Positions 1-8,933 of a stretch of DNA of 32,811 nt are shown piece by piece. Position numbers and translations under genes: made by a program. The stretch lies in IMG/VR virus record IMGVR_UViG_2563366806_000002. One strand, 5' to 3'. This DNA comes from a virus. Taxonomy: Duplodnaviria; Heunggongvirae; Uroviricota; Caudoviricetes. The notes below the pieces were generated by a model. The model had not been told where the DNA came from, made no database searches, and saw only the letters and a list, made by a program, of their open reading frames with translations. Each line of letters starts with the position of its first letter. Within the stretch, counting starts at the first letter, position 1.

Positions 1-981
1 TCACACCGCCAGCCCGCCGCCAAGTGGGTTTAATGTCACCGCGTGTTGCAGGTAATCGGGGGCGAGGTGAGCATAAACCATCGTTTGCTGAATGCTCGCA
101 TGACCCAGAATCTGCTGTAACGCGATAATGTTACCCCCGTTCATCATGAACCAGCTCGCGAACGTGTGCCGGAGCACATGCGTAGCCTGCCCGCGTGGCA
201 AGTCTGGTTTAACCTGCCTGAGCCGTTCGCAGAAGTTTTCATAATCAACTTTGAACAATGGCCCGGTGTCACTGGTCTTGATCTCCTTCTCCAGCTCTGC
301 CGATATTGGAACCGTTCGCTTTTTCCCGTTTTTGGTTTTGAGGAACGTCACACGCCCATGGTTAACCTGCTCACCTCGCAGGGTGCTGCCTTCTCCCCAA
401 CGTGCGCCAGTGCTGAGGCATAACAGCGCCACGCGCCGATCATCGCCGGTCAGGGTATCCAGCAGCTTGCTGATCTCTGATTTGGCGAGATAGGTCATAG
501 CTGGCGGCGCTTCTTTCAGTGGTTCCAATCCCTTGCAAGGATTCTCCTTCCTGAACTCATCCAGCTTAATCAACGTGCTGAACATGCCGGAAAAACGGTA
601 TATATCCCGGTTGATCGTTGCGGCGCTGATCCCGTCATCCAGTCGTTGGCTACGGTGCCGGGCGATGGTGCGCTTATCAAGCCGGTTAACTGCTGGATCT
701 CCCAACGCCCTGATTGTCTTTTTCAGGTGCCGCTTTTCTATCTCACCATTTTCCTGAGTCTGCCCATATAGCAGCCACCAGGTATCTAACAACTCGCTCA
801 ACGTGCGGCGGTCTACGCTCGCGCCAAGCCATTCTTTTTTATCAGCGTTAGCTAATACATAACGCTCAAAAAGAACCGCCTCTTGTTTCTTTTCAAATCG
901 CCTGCGGATGCGTTTTCCATTACGCCCACGGGGCCATACGTCTACTTCATACTGACCACCCTCGAGCTTCTTAATCGACAT
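1..981 (-). CDS. int: P2-like tyrosine integrase (stop codon at 1..3)
   Basis: 326-aa ORF with tyrosine-recombinase C-terminal signature (HVLRHTFASW...GHASIQQTMVYAHL); sits at the prophage end, divergent from cox as in P2. Confidence 0.9.
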   Translation of the reverse strand: MSIKKLEGGQYEVDVWPRGRNGKRIRRRFEKKQEAVLFERYVLANADKKEWLGASVDRRTLSELLDTWWLLYGQTQENGEIEKRHLKKTIRALGDPAVNRLDKRTIARHRSQRLDDGISAATINRDIYRFSGMFSTLIKLDEFRKENPCKGLEPLKEAPPAMTYLAKSEISKLLDTLTGDDRRVALLCLSTGARWGEGSTLRGEQVNHGRVTFLKTKNGKKRTVPISAELEKEIKTSDTGPLFKVDYENFCERLRQVKPDLPRGQATHVLRHTFASWFMMNGGNIIALQQILGHASIQQTMVYAHLAPDYLQHAVTLNPLGGGLAV

Positions 982-1047
982 AGCGAAGCCCTCCGGTATT
1001 GCAGAGTGAAAGTGAATCTATCCAGTCAATGAAATCATGGTGCAGCG

Positions 1048-1356
1048 TTAGCCAGTTTTGCGGACGGAGCGGCGCGACGTTGCCGTAGTCTCTGACCCAT
1101 CAAGAGAGAGAGCCGGTTCAATTTGCCCGGCTTCTGGTGCGGTGTTACCGGTCATCAGCCAAAGCGTATATTTCGCAAAACGTGGGTTTTCGAGTATCAC
1201 CGCGAGGTAATCGCCGGGGATCTGCCTGCCTATAGATTCATAGTTTTTAAGGTTGTTAGCTGAGATACCTGTTATCTCAGACATTTCTCTTCGGGATAGC
1301 CCTTCCGCCTTACGCATGAGGTGAATTTTTTCACCGATACTTGTTTTTTGGATCAT
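1048..1356 (-). CDS. Immunity repressor, short HTH protein (P2 C-like)
   Basis: 102-aa ORF with HTH-like segment (LSRREMSEITGISANNLKNY); located between int and divergent cox; no peptidase domain. Confidence 0.75.
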   Translation of the reverse strand: MIQKTSIGEKIHLMRKAEGLSRREMSEITGISANNLKNYESIGRQIPGDYLAVILENPRFAKYTLWLMTGNTAPEAGQIEPALSLDGSETTATSRRSVRKTG

Positions 1357-1378
1357 ATGTGATCTAAACTCCGTGATA

Positions 1379-1398
1379 TTGGATTACATGTAATCCAA
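1379..1398. promoter_or_regulatory. Perfect 20-bp palindrome TTGGATTACATGTAATCCAA in the C/cox divergent control region; candidate operator
   Basis: Read directly from sequence; lies in the 120-bp gap between the divergent repressor and cox starts. Confidence 0.5.
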
Positions 1399-1476
1399 TT
1401 CGTGACGTAGTACACCCGCCAATATAAGCAGGTGTAAGCCGAAATAAGCGCCTAGCGCCAGTGGGGATTATGACAC

Positions 1477-1758
1477 ATGACAGAGAAAGAGTTAGAGGGG
1501 TTCATTGAAGTGCGTCATGCTGTTGACGCGGTTCCGTACCCGAAATTTGCTGAGCTGATCGGCAAGAAGCCCGCCACGGTTAAGAGCATGATTGAAGACG
1601 GTAAGTTGCCGATCATCCCATGGAAGAACCCGGAAAGCCTGGGCGCTCGTGCTGAAAACTGGATCTACATTCCTGAGTTCAACCGCGCGATGCGTGATGC
1701 GTATTACAACCGCCCGAAAGAGCAGCGTGATGCTTGGCTGCTGTGGATTGGTCTGTAA
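1477..1758 (+). CDS. cox: Cox-like excisionase / early transcriptional regulator
   Basis: 93-aa ORF; segments AVPYPKFAELIGKKPATVKSMIEDGKLPII and NRPKEQRDAWLLWIGL match recalled P2 Cox. Confidence 0.8.
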   Translation: MTEKELEGFIEVRHAVDAVPYPKFAELIGKKPATVKSMIEDGKLPIIPWKNPESLGARAENWIYIPEFNRAMRDAYYNRPKEQRDAWLLWIGL

Positions 1759-1770
1759 GGAGTCGATGAT

Positions 1771-1974
1771 ATGACGGGCCAGTTAATACAATTAAGCCGC
1801 CATAGTTATATTTATCGTGGCTTCACCATTCATAAATGCCCGCGCAATGCCATTACGATGAAAACGGCATATAGCGTTTTAAATAATGGAAATTATTTAG
1901 GGCGTGATTTTGCTTTAGCCGAAGCAATGAAAACCATTGATAAGTTAAAAAGCGGTGAAAGTTATGAAAGCTGA
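1771..1974 (+). CDS. Hypothetical protein, first gene of AT-rich insert
   Basis: 67-aa ORF in a markedly AT-rich stretch immediately after cox. Confidence 0.4.
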   Translation: MTGQLIQLSRHSYIYRGFTIHKCPRNAITMKTAYSVLNNGNYLGRDFALAEAMKTIDKLKSGESYES

Positions 1975-2137
1975 AATGATTATCGGCCTTTCTATTTTTG
2001 CTGTGCTGGTTTTGTATTTAATTCAATTCCTGATCAGGCTGCGGAGCGAAAAAGTAAAGCAGCAGAGAGCTAAAGCGCTTGCTGAATTTAAAACCCGCCG
2101 CGAAGAAGTAGAGCGCAAGGCCCGTAGACAACTGTAG
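1955..2137 (+). CDS. Small single-pass membrane protein with basic helical tail (start uncertain; ATG at 1964 or 1976 possible)
   Basis: Hydrophobic segment IIGLSIFAVLVLYLIQFLI then KR/E-rich tail; AT-rich. Confidence 0.35.
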   Translation: MKVMKAEMIIGLSIFAVLVLYLIQFLIRLRSEKVKQQRAKALAEFKTRREEVERKARRQL

Positions 2138-2149
2138 CAGGTACACGAT

Positions 2150-2377
2150 ATGAACGATAACGCCCCATCACTTGCCAGCCTGTTAAAGCACGGTTGCCAG
2201 GTCACGCACTACCGCAATACACGCGGCTGGATTGAATGCCCGGACGGGCGTTTCTTTAAACCGGAACCGAATAAGGTGCGCTTTATTAAAGGTATGAGTA
2301 AGCCTTTTGTTTATACGAAGAAGATAAACAAAGGCTTATTTAGTGCCTTAGCAAGTTTATTTAGAAAGCTGCTTTAG
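2150..2377 (+). CDS. Hypothetical protein
   Basis: 75-aa ORF, AT-rich, third gene of the insert. Confidence 0.4.
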   Translation: MNDNAPSLASLLKHGCQVTHYRNTRGWIECPDGRFFKPEPNKVRFIKGMSKPFVYTKKINKGLFSALASLFRKLL

Positions 2378-2463
2378 TAATTAAGTAACAGATAAAACTT
2401 TTTCTACCTGTCGTCACTTTATTAAGTGATGGCGCATTCACTCACCAAAAAAAGGGGTTAATT

Positions 2464-2895
2464 ATGTTTGGCATGTTCAAGAAAAAAACTGCTGCTGTAA
2501 AAGTTGAATTAAAGAAAGTTGAAAATCGCGATTTGATGGAGGCCATTGTTGGTGGCTGTCTGCTGGTTGCTGCTGCTGATGGTGAAATTGAGAAAGAGGA
2601 AACCGCAAAGCTCGATCAGCTGCTGCGCTCCAATCCCCGCCTGAGCCATTACGGCAACGAAATCACCGCACTGATCACCCGTTTCACTGAACAGCTTGAG
2701 GCAGGTTTTCGCGTTGGTCGCATGAACATCCTGCGTGAAATCGAAGATATCAAAAACGACCCGAAAGAAGCGGAGGAAGTCTTCGTCAACATGCTGACCA
2801 TTGCCGAATCTGACGGCGAGATCGAGCCGGAAGAACAAAAGGTACTGGAAGAGGTTGGGCGTCGTCTGGGCCTGCGCGTTGAGGATTACATCTGA
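2464..2895 (+). CDS. TerB-like (tellurite-resistance TerB family) protein
   Basis: 143 aa with two DGEIE(K/P)EE repeats typical of TerB-like helical proteins; RBS AAAGGGG upstream. Confidence 0.5.
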   Translation: MFGMFKKKTAAVKVELKKVENRDLMEAIVGGCLLVAAADGEIEKEETAKLDQLLRSNPRLSHYGNEITALITRFTEQLEAGFRVGRMNILREIEDIKNDPKEAEEVFVNMLTIAESDGEIEPEEQKVLEEVGRRLGLRVEDYI

Positions 2896-3077
2896 TGAGC
2901 CAGATGCTGAGCATGTTGCGGCCCGCGCTGGTTCTGCTGCTGGCTTTCATGGTGGTAGCGGTGGACTTCACCAGTTATCTGCTCTCAGCAGTAGGCGATC
3001 TGTTCTTCGTGGGGGCGCTCGTTGTTCTGGTATGGCCTGCAATTAAGCCAGCCAAAGAGCAGCAGGGCGACGAGTAA
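2895..3077 (+). CDS. Small hydrophobic membrane protein, translationally coupled to the TerB-like gene
   Basis: 60-aa ORF, two hydrophobic stretches; start overlaps the upstream stop (TGATG). Confidence 0.45.
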   Translation: MSQMLSMLRPALVLLLAFMVVAVDFTSYLLSAVGDLFFVGALVVLVWPAIKPAKEQQGDE

Positions 3078-3144
3078 GAGAGGCACCGGGAAACTGGTGC
3101 TTATCCGGGGCGTTACTTCCGAGTGGTGCGCCTGATAAGCGGCA

Positions 3145-3555
3145 GTGATGGGGGATAGGGTTATGAGTATCGGGCAAGAAAAACCAGTATCCGGGCGTCA
3201 GATGTTCCTTGAACAGCGCGCCCGTTTGCAGTCGAGCATTTCAGTTTCCCGCACCAATGACACGGCGAGCCGTTTTAATCGCCTGGGCGAGACTCAGAAA
3301 AAGGTGATCATCCTGCTGGCAAACGAAGCCGCGCAGCGGTTTAAGGATCTGCCGTCCCTGACTCATTCCCATCTCACTATGCCTTTCGAACAGTTCAGCT
3401 CTCAGGACAAAGTGAGCCTGATGTTGGGCATTAAGCGCCTTGCCGAGCTGGCTGCGGCGTTGCCGTGGGAGTTTCCCGATTATGCCGCGCCGCGCCTTGA
3501 AATTCAGGCGTTACGCGAATCACAACCACCCGCGCCGGATGGCGCAGTCAATTAG
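3145..3555 (+). CDS. Hypothetical early protein (start may be ATG at 3163)
   Basis: 136-aa ORF in the early operon; RBS GGGGGA precedes the internal ATG. Confidence 0.5.
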   Translation: MMGDRVMSIGQEKPVSGRQMFLEQRARLQSSISVSRTNDTASRFNRLGETQKKVIILLANEAAQRFKDLPSLTHSHLTMPFEQFSSQDKVSLMLGIKRLAELAAALPWEFPDYAAPRLEIQALRESQPPAPDGAVN

Positions 3556-3624
3556 CCACTGAATGATTAACCAGTAGTCAGGCGCATCACCGCGCCGGGC
3601 TTCCTGCACCCAGGAGAAAGCAAG

Positions 3625-4566
3625 ATGATTCGATCACTACTCAAATGGCCCGGTGGCAAAAGCCGCGTGATGCCTGAATTACTCCCGCATTTACCAAAGG
3701 CTGGTTGCCTCGTGGAGCCTTTTGTTGGCGGCGCTTCCGTGTTCCTCAATACCGATTATCGCCGCTATATCCTTGCGGATATCAACCCAGACCTGATCCG
3801 CCTTTATCGTGAGGTGAAGAGCAATCCTGAGCTGGTTATTGACCTTGCCCGCCCGCTCTTTGCGACCGGCAATTCCAAAGAGGAATACTTACAGAACCGC
3901 CGCATTTTCAACGGTACTAAAGGCTTGCTTGATGTGGCCCGCGCGGCTCTGTTTCTTTACCTCAACCGCCACGGCTACAACGGCGTGGTGCGTTACAACC
4001 AGAGCGGCGGTTATAACGTGCCGTTTGGTCAGCATAAAAGCGCGCCTTACTTCCCGGAGGCGGAGATCCGGCAGTTTGCTGAGAAGGCCAACGACACCAA
4101 AGCCATTTTCTTGTGCAGCTCGTTTCAAAATACCCTCAAAGTGATGGTTGGAACGGATGAAGCCATCTACTGCGATCCGCCATACCTGCCTGCCAGCGAA
4201 ACCGCCAATTTCACTCAATACCACACCGAGCCATTCACCGAGCAGCACCACCGCCAGTTAGCGGCGGAGCTGCTGGAAGTGAACCGCAAATATGGCGCGC
4301 CGGTTGTCATTTCCAACAGTGACACCGAAACCACCCGCGAGATTTACCACCGTTTCCGCCTGCATGAAATCGACGTGCAGCGCTCTGTTAGTACTGACGC
4401 CAGCAACCGCCAGAATGCTAAAGAGGTGATCGGCGTTCTCAAGGTATGCGAAGGGTGCGGGCGCGCGGGCGGAGGCAACTGCCCGGACTGCGGGCCGTGC
4501 TGTGGTGATGCCACTTACAACGCGATGGTTGCAGCGGGCGCTTTTGATGAGCAAGGGGGTTTCTGA
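3625..4566 (+). CDS. dam: Dam-family N6-adenine DNA methyltransferase with Cys-rich C-terminal tail
   Basis: Strong similarity to E. coli Dam (LKWPGGK, CLVEPFVGGASVFLNTD, LFLYLNRHGYNG, DPPY motif); extra tail CEGCGRAGGGNCPDCGPCCGD. Confidence 0.9.
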   Translation: MIRSLLKWPGGKSRVMPELLPHLPKAGCLVEPFVGGASVFLNTDYRRYILADINPDLIRLYREVKSNPELVIDLARPLFATGNSKEEYLQNRRIFNGTKGLLDVARAALFLYLNRHGYNGVVRYNQSGGYNVPFGQHKSAPYFPEAEIRQFAEKANDTKAIFLCSSFQNTLKVMVGTDEAIYCDPPYLPASETANFTQYHTEPFTEQHHRQLAAELLEVNRKYGAPVVISNSDTETTREIYHRFRLHEIDVQRSVSTDASNRQNAKEVIGVLKVCEGCGRAGGGNCPDCGPCCGDATYNAMVAAGAFDEQGGF

Positions 4567-4802
4567 TGGCGAGCTTAATTGAATTTTTAGAGGCGGTTGG
4601 TCTGGAAAATGTGACCGTTCAACCACTTCACCAGTGCATTACGGGCGTAGCGATGGAGAGAAAAGGCGGTGCCAAAGTCAGCTTTTTGACCAATGAAATA
4701 ACCCCATCTGATGCATTCGGAGAGATGAAAAGAACGGCGTTCATCGTCTGGATGGACGCTAAGAAGTTTGATGCCGCACTTGAAAAAACGAAGGGCAAAT
4801 GA
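4566..4802 (+). CDS. Hypothetical protein
   Basis: 78-aa ORF, stop/start overlap with dam (TGATG). Confidence 0.5.
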   Translation: MASLIEFLEAVGLENVTVQPLHQCITGVAMERKGGAKVSFLTNEITPSDAFGEMKRTAFIVWMDAKKFDAALEKTKGK

Positions 4803-5014
4803 GCATGAAACAGAATAAGAGCGCGGTTTTATCATCAATCCAAAATGTTGCTGTTTTCTTCAATTACGGCGGTGAAACAGTAGCGTTAAAAATGACAGCC
4901 GAACAAAAGAGAGTGATCGGCCTGTTTGCTATTTCAGCCGTTGAAGGTACTGCGGAACTGGTGCGGGTGCCTCATTTGTCATTACCAGCAGATCCAGAAA
5001 TGGAGGCTCTGTAA
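4799..5014 (+). CDS. Hypothetical protein
   Basis: 71-aa ORF, ATGA overlap with the upstream gene. Confidence 0.5.
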   Translation: MSMKQNKSAVLSSIQNVAVFFNYGGETVALKMTAEQKRVIGLFAISAVEGTAELVRVPHLSLPADPEMEAL

Positions 5015-5322
5015 TGTCAAAAATCTATATCGCTGGCCCAATGAGCGGTTTGCCTGGCTTTAATCGCCCGGCGTTTCACCGTGCAGCCGCGCACATTGTA
5101 CGGCGCGGAAATGTTGCTCTTAATCCGGCGATCCTGCCGGATGGCTTAGAGCAAGCGGAGTATGTGGATATCTGCCTTGCCATGCTTCGCTGCGCTGATG
5201 GCATCTTCATGCTGGACGGTTGGCAGCAGTCTGCTGGGGCAAAAGCAGAATACGCGCTTGCTGAAAAGTTGGGGCTGGATATTCAGCACCAGATGATTGA
5301 TCGGTACGTGGGCGCACGATGA
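5014..5322 (+). CDS. DUF4406-like (nucleoside 2-deoxyribosyltransferase-like) protein
   Basis: 102 aa, IYIAGPMSG motif; translationally coupled on both sides. Confidence 0.55.
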   Translation: MSKIYIAGPMSGLPGFNRPAFHRAAAHIVRRGNVALNPAILPDGLEQAEYVDICLAMLRCADGIFMLDGWQQSAGAKAEYALAEKLGLDIQHQMIDRYVGAR

Positions 5323-7928
5323 CCACCGCAGCAAGTGGGCGTGGCGCTCCAACGCCGCCCCATCCGTATCCGGGTAGCGCACCAGACGCCACCCGGTACG
5401 CTTACGAATGGCAGAAGCCGAAAGCTGCCATTTGTGTTGATAAGACTCCCGTTGTTGATCTAGTCGAGCTGGGTCAAGAACAGGAGTTTTTGGCGTGGGT
5501 GAAAGTTACCCTTGCGCCGCTACCTCGCTTTATTCGCCTGCGTCTGGCTTCCCGCATTGACAGTATTCACACCATGAAGGGCAGACACATCGCCCGTCTG
5601 GCGCTACGCGATATCATTCGCAGGGATCTGCCACCCATCAACATGGTTAATGAGCAATACGCTATTGCGATGACCGATGAGGCTGAATCTCAGGCTGATA
5701 CAGCATTCAAAGGGGTAAACCCGCTTTACCACACGTTTAACACTCTTCACGGATTGGTTGAGCGCTTTAACCGCCTGCCGGACTTCACGCCGGAAGATGT
5801 TGAGCTGCTGGCGCAGGATATTGCTATCTATATGCGGTCTGTGCTGAGCGAAGTTCACGAGACGGTAGAGACGCAGAGTGATCGCAAATATGCCGAATAC
5901 CTTTACACCGAAGCGGCTATCCTCGCGCGGCTTTTCTTCCTGACGCCTCCAAGCTGGGAAAAGTATTGCCGGGGCGCGCTGTTTATTGATGAAGCTACTA
6001 CCGGCATCAGAAAGATGCTGGATGATCGCTATTGGCACCGTAACCTGAAAAAGTACGCTGCGCGCTGGCGCGAGCACCTGCACATTGCCTTTGGTGACGT
6101 GAAGCGGGGCGCTGCACCGTATTGCAGTAAGCACCATGTTGATGAGTGGGATGCCAGGCGTAAACGTAGCCGCGCGATCATGGCCCGTCTTGAACTGGAA
6201 GACCAGGACACCAAAGAGCGCATTTCACTTATTGAGCAGATCGATAAGAGCATTTCTAACCCGGCATTGCGCCGCGTTGAACTCATGACCCGCATTGGTG
6301 GTTTTGAGAAAGTAGCCACCGAAAGCGGCTATGCAGGCCAGTTTTTTACTCTGACAGCACCATCCAAATACCACGCCTATACCGTATTCGGTCATCGTAA
6401 TGCCAAATGGAACGGTGCCAGCCCAAGAGCAACGCAGCGCTACCTTAACCGGGTATGGCAAAAGATTCGTGCTGAGCTTGCCCGCCGTGAAATTCCGGTC
6501 TTTGGCCTGCGGGTGGCTGAGTCACACCACGATGGTACGCCGCACTGGCACGGCCTGTTGTTTTCCCTGCCGGAACATTCCGCCGAGTTGCTGGAAGTTA
6601 TGGAAGACTACGCAACCCGTGAGGATGCGGAAGAATTACAAGGTAAACACGGCAACCAACCGCGCTTTGATATGAAGCCGATCGATCATGAAATCGGCAG
6701 CGCCACCGGCTACGTGGTGAAGTACATCAGTAAGAATATTGACGGCTACGCGCTCGACGGCGAAACGGATGACGAGAGCGGCAGGCCACTGAAAGAAACA
6801 TCAAAACACGCTACCGCCTGGGCATCGTGCTGGGGCATCCGTCAGTTTCAGTTTTTGGGCGGTGCGCCGGTATCTGTCTGGCGTGAGCTGCGCCGGTTCC
6901 GCAATCAGGAGCAGGCCGACAAGATAAACCCGCTGTTTGCTGAGCTGCACCGCGCAGCGGATGCTGGCGACTGGCAGCAATACACCAAATTGCAGGGTGG
7001 GGCGCTGGTTGCCCGCCGTGATCTACCGTTGCGCATCTGGTACCAGCAGAAAGAAGAGCCAAATGATTACGGCGAGTATCTGGATCTTATTAAAGGTCTG
7101 GTGATGCCCGCTGCTCACATCCCACCAATTGAAACCCGCCTGCATACCTACCGCATTGTGCGTAAGAAACCGGAGGTTTTAGACGACTCCGGGCAGGCCG
7201 TTGACTTTGATTTTGACCTTCGGGGCGCGTCCGCGCCCTCTAGGACTCGTGTCAATAACTGTACTGAGGTCAAAAAACATACAAATTCAGGGGGTGACAA
7301 TTCGCCACCAGTTGAGCCTGAACAGTATGAAATTGGTCAAATGACCCACGAGCAGAAAAAACGGCTCAATGAAAGCATCAGAAACTACAAACCGGAACGG
7401 CAAAAATCACCTGCTGATGAGTTTGAGGCGCTGGCTAATGCCATTACGGCATCAGATTGTGATGATATTGAGCAGGCCAGGGCGGAGAGCTATCTAAAAG
7501 TTGCTCAAGAATTGAGGCAGCAGGAAAGGGATATGCCTGCTGTTACCGCGCCAGCTCCTATATCAGCCGATCGCATTGCGGCACTGGATGATTTTGCCAG
7601 ATCAATAGGCATAGAGCTGAGCACAGGCCAGTTATCGTTATTGCTACGCGGTGAGTGTTTGCGAATTGATGGCTTTATTGTCTCCGCAACCAGTAGCGGA
7701 GAGCTGAGACGCAGAAAAGATAACAGCGCTGACCGGAAGACCGCCGATTTGTGGCAGCATATGAAGCTAAGTCATAATGTTGACAGCAGAGATATCAGGC
7801 ATGATCCCGTTGGCAGCTATGCGGAAATGTTGAAAAAAGCTGATCCGGCTGCGTGGGACAGGTTGTTTGGTACCAGGAATCAGGAGCAGCGCGTATGTTT
7901 GACGAAGAACAGCGAGAGCAGGAAGTAA
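5319..7928 (+). CDS. A: Replication initiation endonuclease (P2 gpA-like rolling-circle initiator) with long C-terminal extension
   Basis: 869 aa; HUH-type segment ESHHDGTPHWHGLLF and catalytic Tyr region YVVKYISKNIDGY. Confidence 0.9.
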   Translation: MTTAASGRGAPTPPHPYPGSAPDATRYAYEWQKPKAAICVDKTPVVDLVELGQEQEFLAWVKVTLAPLPRFIRLRLASRIDSIHTMKGRHIARLALRDIIRRDLPPINMVNEQYAIAMTDEAESQADTAFKGVNPLYHTFNTLHGLVERFNRLPDFTPEDVELLAQDIAIYMRSVLSEVHETVETQSDRKYAEYLYTEAAILARLFFLTPPSWEKYCRGALFIDEATTGIRKMLDDRYWHRNLKKYAARWREHLHIAFGDVKRGAAPYCSKHHVDEWDARRKRSRAIMARLELEDQDTKERISLIEQIDKSISNPALRRVELMTRIGGFEKVATESGYAGQFFTLTAPSKYHAYTVFGHRNAKWNGASPRATQRYLNRVWQKIRAELARREIPVFGLRVAESHHDGTPHWHGLLFSLPEHSAELLEVMEDYATREDAEELQGKHGNQPRFDMKPIDHEIGSATGYVVKYISKNIDGYALDGETDDESGRPLKETSKHATAWASCWGIRQFQFLGGAPVSVWRELRRFRNQEQADKINPLFAELHRAADAGDWQQYTKLQGGALVARRDLPLRIWYQQKEEPNDYGEYLDLIKGLVMPAAHIPPIETRLHTYRIVRKKPEVLDDSGQAVDFDFDLRGASAPSRTRVNNCTEVKKHTNSGGDNSPPVEPEQYEIGQMTHEQKKRLNESIRNYKPERQKSPADEFEALANAITASDCDDIEQARAESYLKVAQELRQQERDMPAVTAPAPISADRIAALDDFARSIGIELSTGQLSLLLRGECLRIDGFIVSATSSGELRRRKDNSADRKTADLWQHMKLSHNVDSRDIRHDPVGSYAEMLKKADPAAWDRLFGTRNQEQRVCLTKNSESRK
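7221..7240. other. GC hairpin (GGGCGCG-tc-CGCGCCC) followed by AT-rich DNA inside the 3' part of A; candidate replication origin
   Basis: Palindrome read from sequence; in P2 the ori lies within the 3' part of gene A (recalled). Confidence 0.35.
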
Positions 7929-8404
7929 TTGATTTCATCAGTAACAAAATTAAGCGATGCCGTAAGTGTGGTAACGAGCTGCACTACAAGGAAAAGTATT
8001 ATTTTAATGATCGCATTTGCTGCACCTGCAAGGGGTTAAAACCGTTTGACGCTCCCGAAGATATTGCTTTGTCTGAAAGCTGCGAGCCAGAACCAGCGCG
8101 GCTGGCAGATGAAGGCCATGATGCGCGAACCAGTACCGAGCGTGAGCTATTTAGCCGATATCCCGAATGGCAGTTGATGAATGAGAGGGCGGCAAAGAAA
8201 TGGCGTGAAGAGCATCCGCCTGAAGAAAGCAGTCTCCCATCTTCCCGATCAGCGGTAAATTCCGCAGGCCCATTATCTGTTGAGCGCATCAATGAGCTGA
8301 TGGCTAAATATGATGCCAGCGAAGCCGTGGATATCAGGCAGGAAGAGCTGATATCGCTGCTGTGGGAAGTGCTCTATCACCGCAAGATTAATCCAGTCTT
8401 CTGA
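7895..8404 (+). CDS. Acidic zinc-ribbon protein of unknown function (track ORF starts 7853; ATG 7895 with RBS AGGAGC more likely)
   Basis: CRKCGNELHYKEKYYFNDRICCTCKG Cys cluster followed by D/E-rich sequence; overlaps the 3' end of A. Confidence 0.5.
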   Translation: MFDEEQREQEVIDFISNKIKRCRKCGNELHYKEKYYFNDRICCTCKGLKPFDAPEDIALSESCEPEPARLADEGHDARTSTERELFSRYPEWQLMNERAAKKWREEHPPEESSLPSSRSAVNSAGPLSVERINELMAKYDASEAVDIRQEELISLLWEVLYHRKINPVF

Positions 8405-8610
8405 ATGGCAATCGTTATAACCTTCGCAACTTGTTGCGCAGGTTATGGCGATTCTGCGGGCGCGGGCGGCAAAGAGTCCGCAGCATCGCGAAGCGGTGCT
8501 TATGCTGTGTGCGTTTTTGGAAATGAGAGCTGAAACAATAATTTTAGTCATTACAGGCACTAATCTGACTAAGCCCATTTGGGTGACTAGTCAAATTTAA
8601 AGGAATAGAA

Positions 8611-8916
8611 ATGCCAAAAATGAAAGATGGGGATCTGCTTTATAAAGATTACGTTAACCACGCCCGATCAGCTGGTGACGACCCAACCAAGATTATTTCA
8701 GATGCCAAGCGCTTTAACAGGCATGAAAAGTATGAGGTGCTTGATTTTCTTAATGCACTGCATGGACAGAACGGGGCAGACCTCGCCATCAAAACACGGC
8801 AAATTTGTGAGTGGATGATTCGCACCTATCTGCCTGGCACGATTCAAAGCACAAAAGCTGTTGAATCATGGGTTGCTGCAAACTTCGAAGAGCTTTCTAA
8901 AAAGTATCCATATTGA
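8611..8916 (+). CDS. Hypothetical 101-aa protein, AT-rich stand-alone moron
   Basis: AT-rich ORF with RBS AAAGGAA, 200-bp upstream gap, and a strong terminator directly after. Confidence 0.55.
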   Translation: MPKMKDGDLLYKDYVNHARSAGDDPTKIISDAKRFNRHEKYEVLDFLNALHGQNGADLAIKTRQICEWMIRTYLPGTIQSTKAVESWVAANFEELSKKYPY

Positions 8917-8933
8917 TGATTTTCATCTCTAAA

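Noticed and set aside
5604-6137. 177-aa minus-strand ORF fully inside gene A (similar antisense ORFs at 6029..6319 and 6225..6461)
   Set aside because: Lies antisense within a well-supported conserved gene; no RBS or recognisable domain; typical frame artefact of GC-rich coding DNA.
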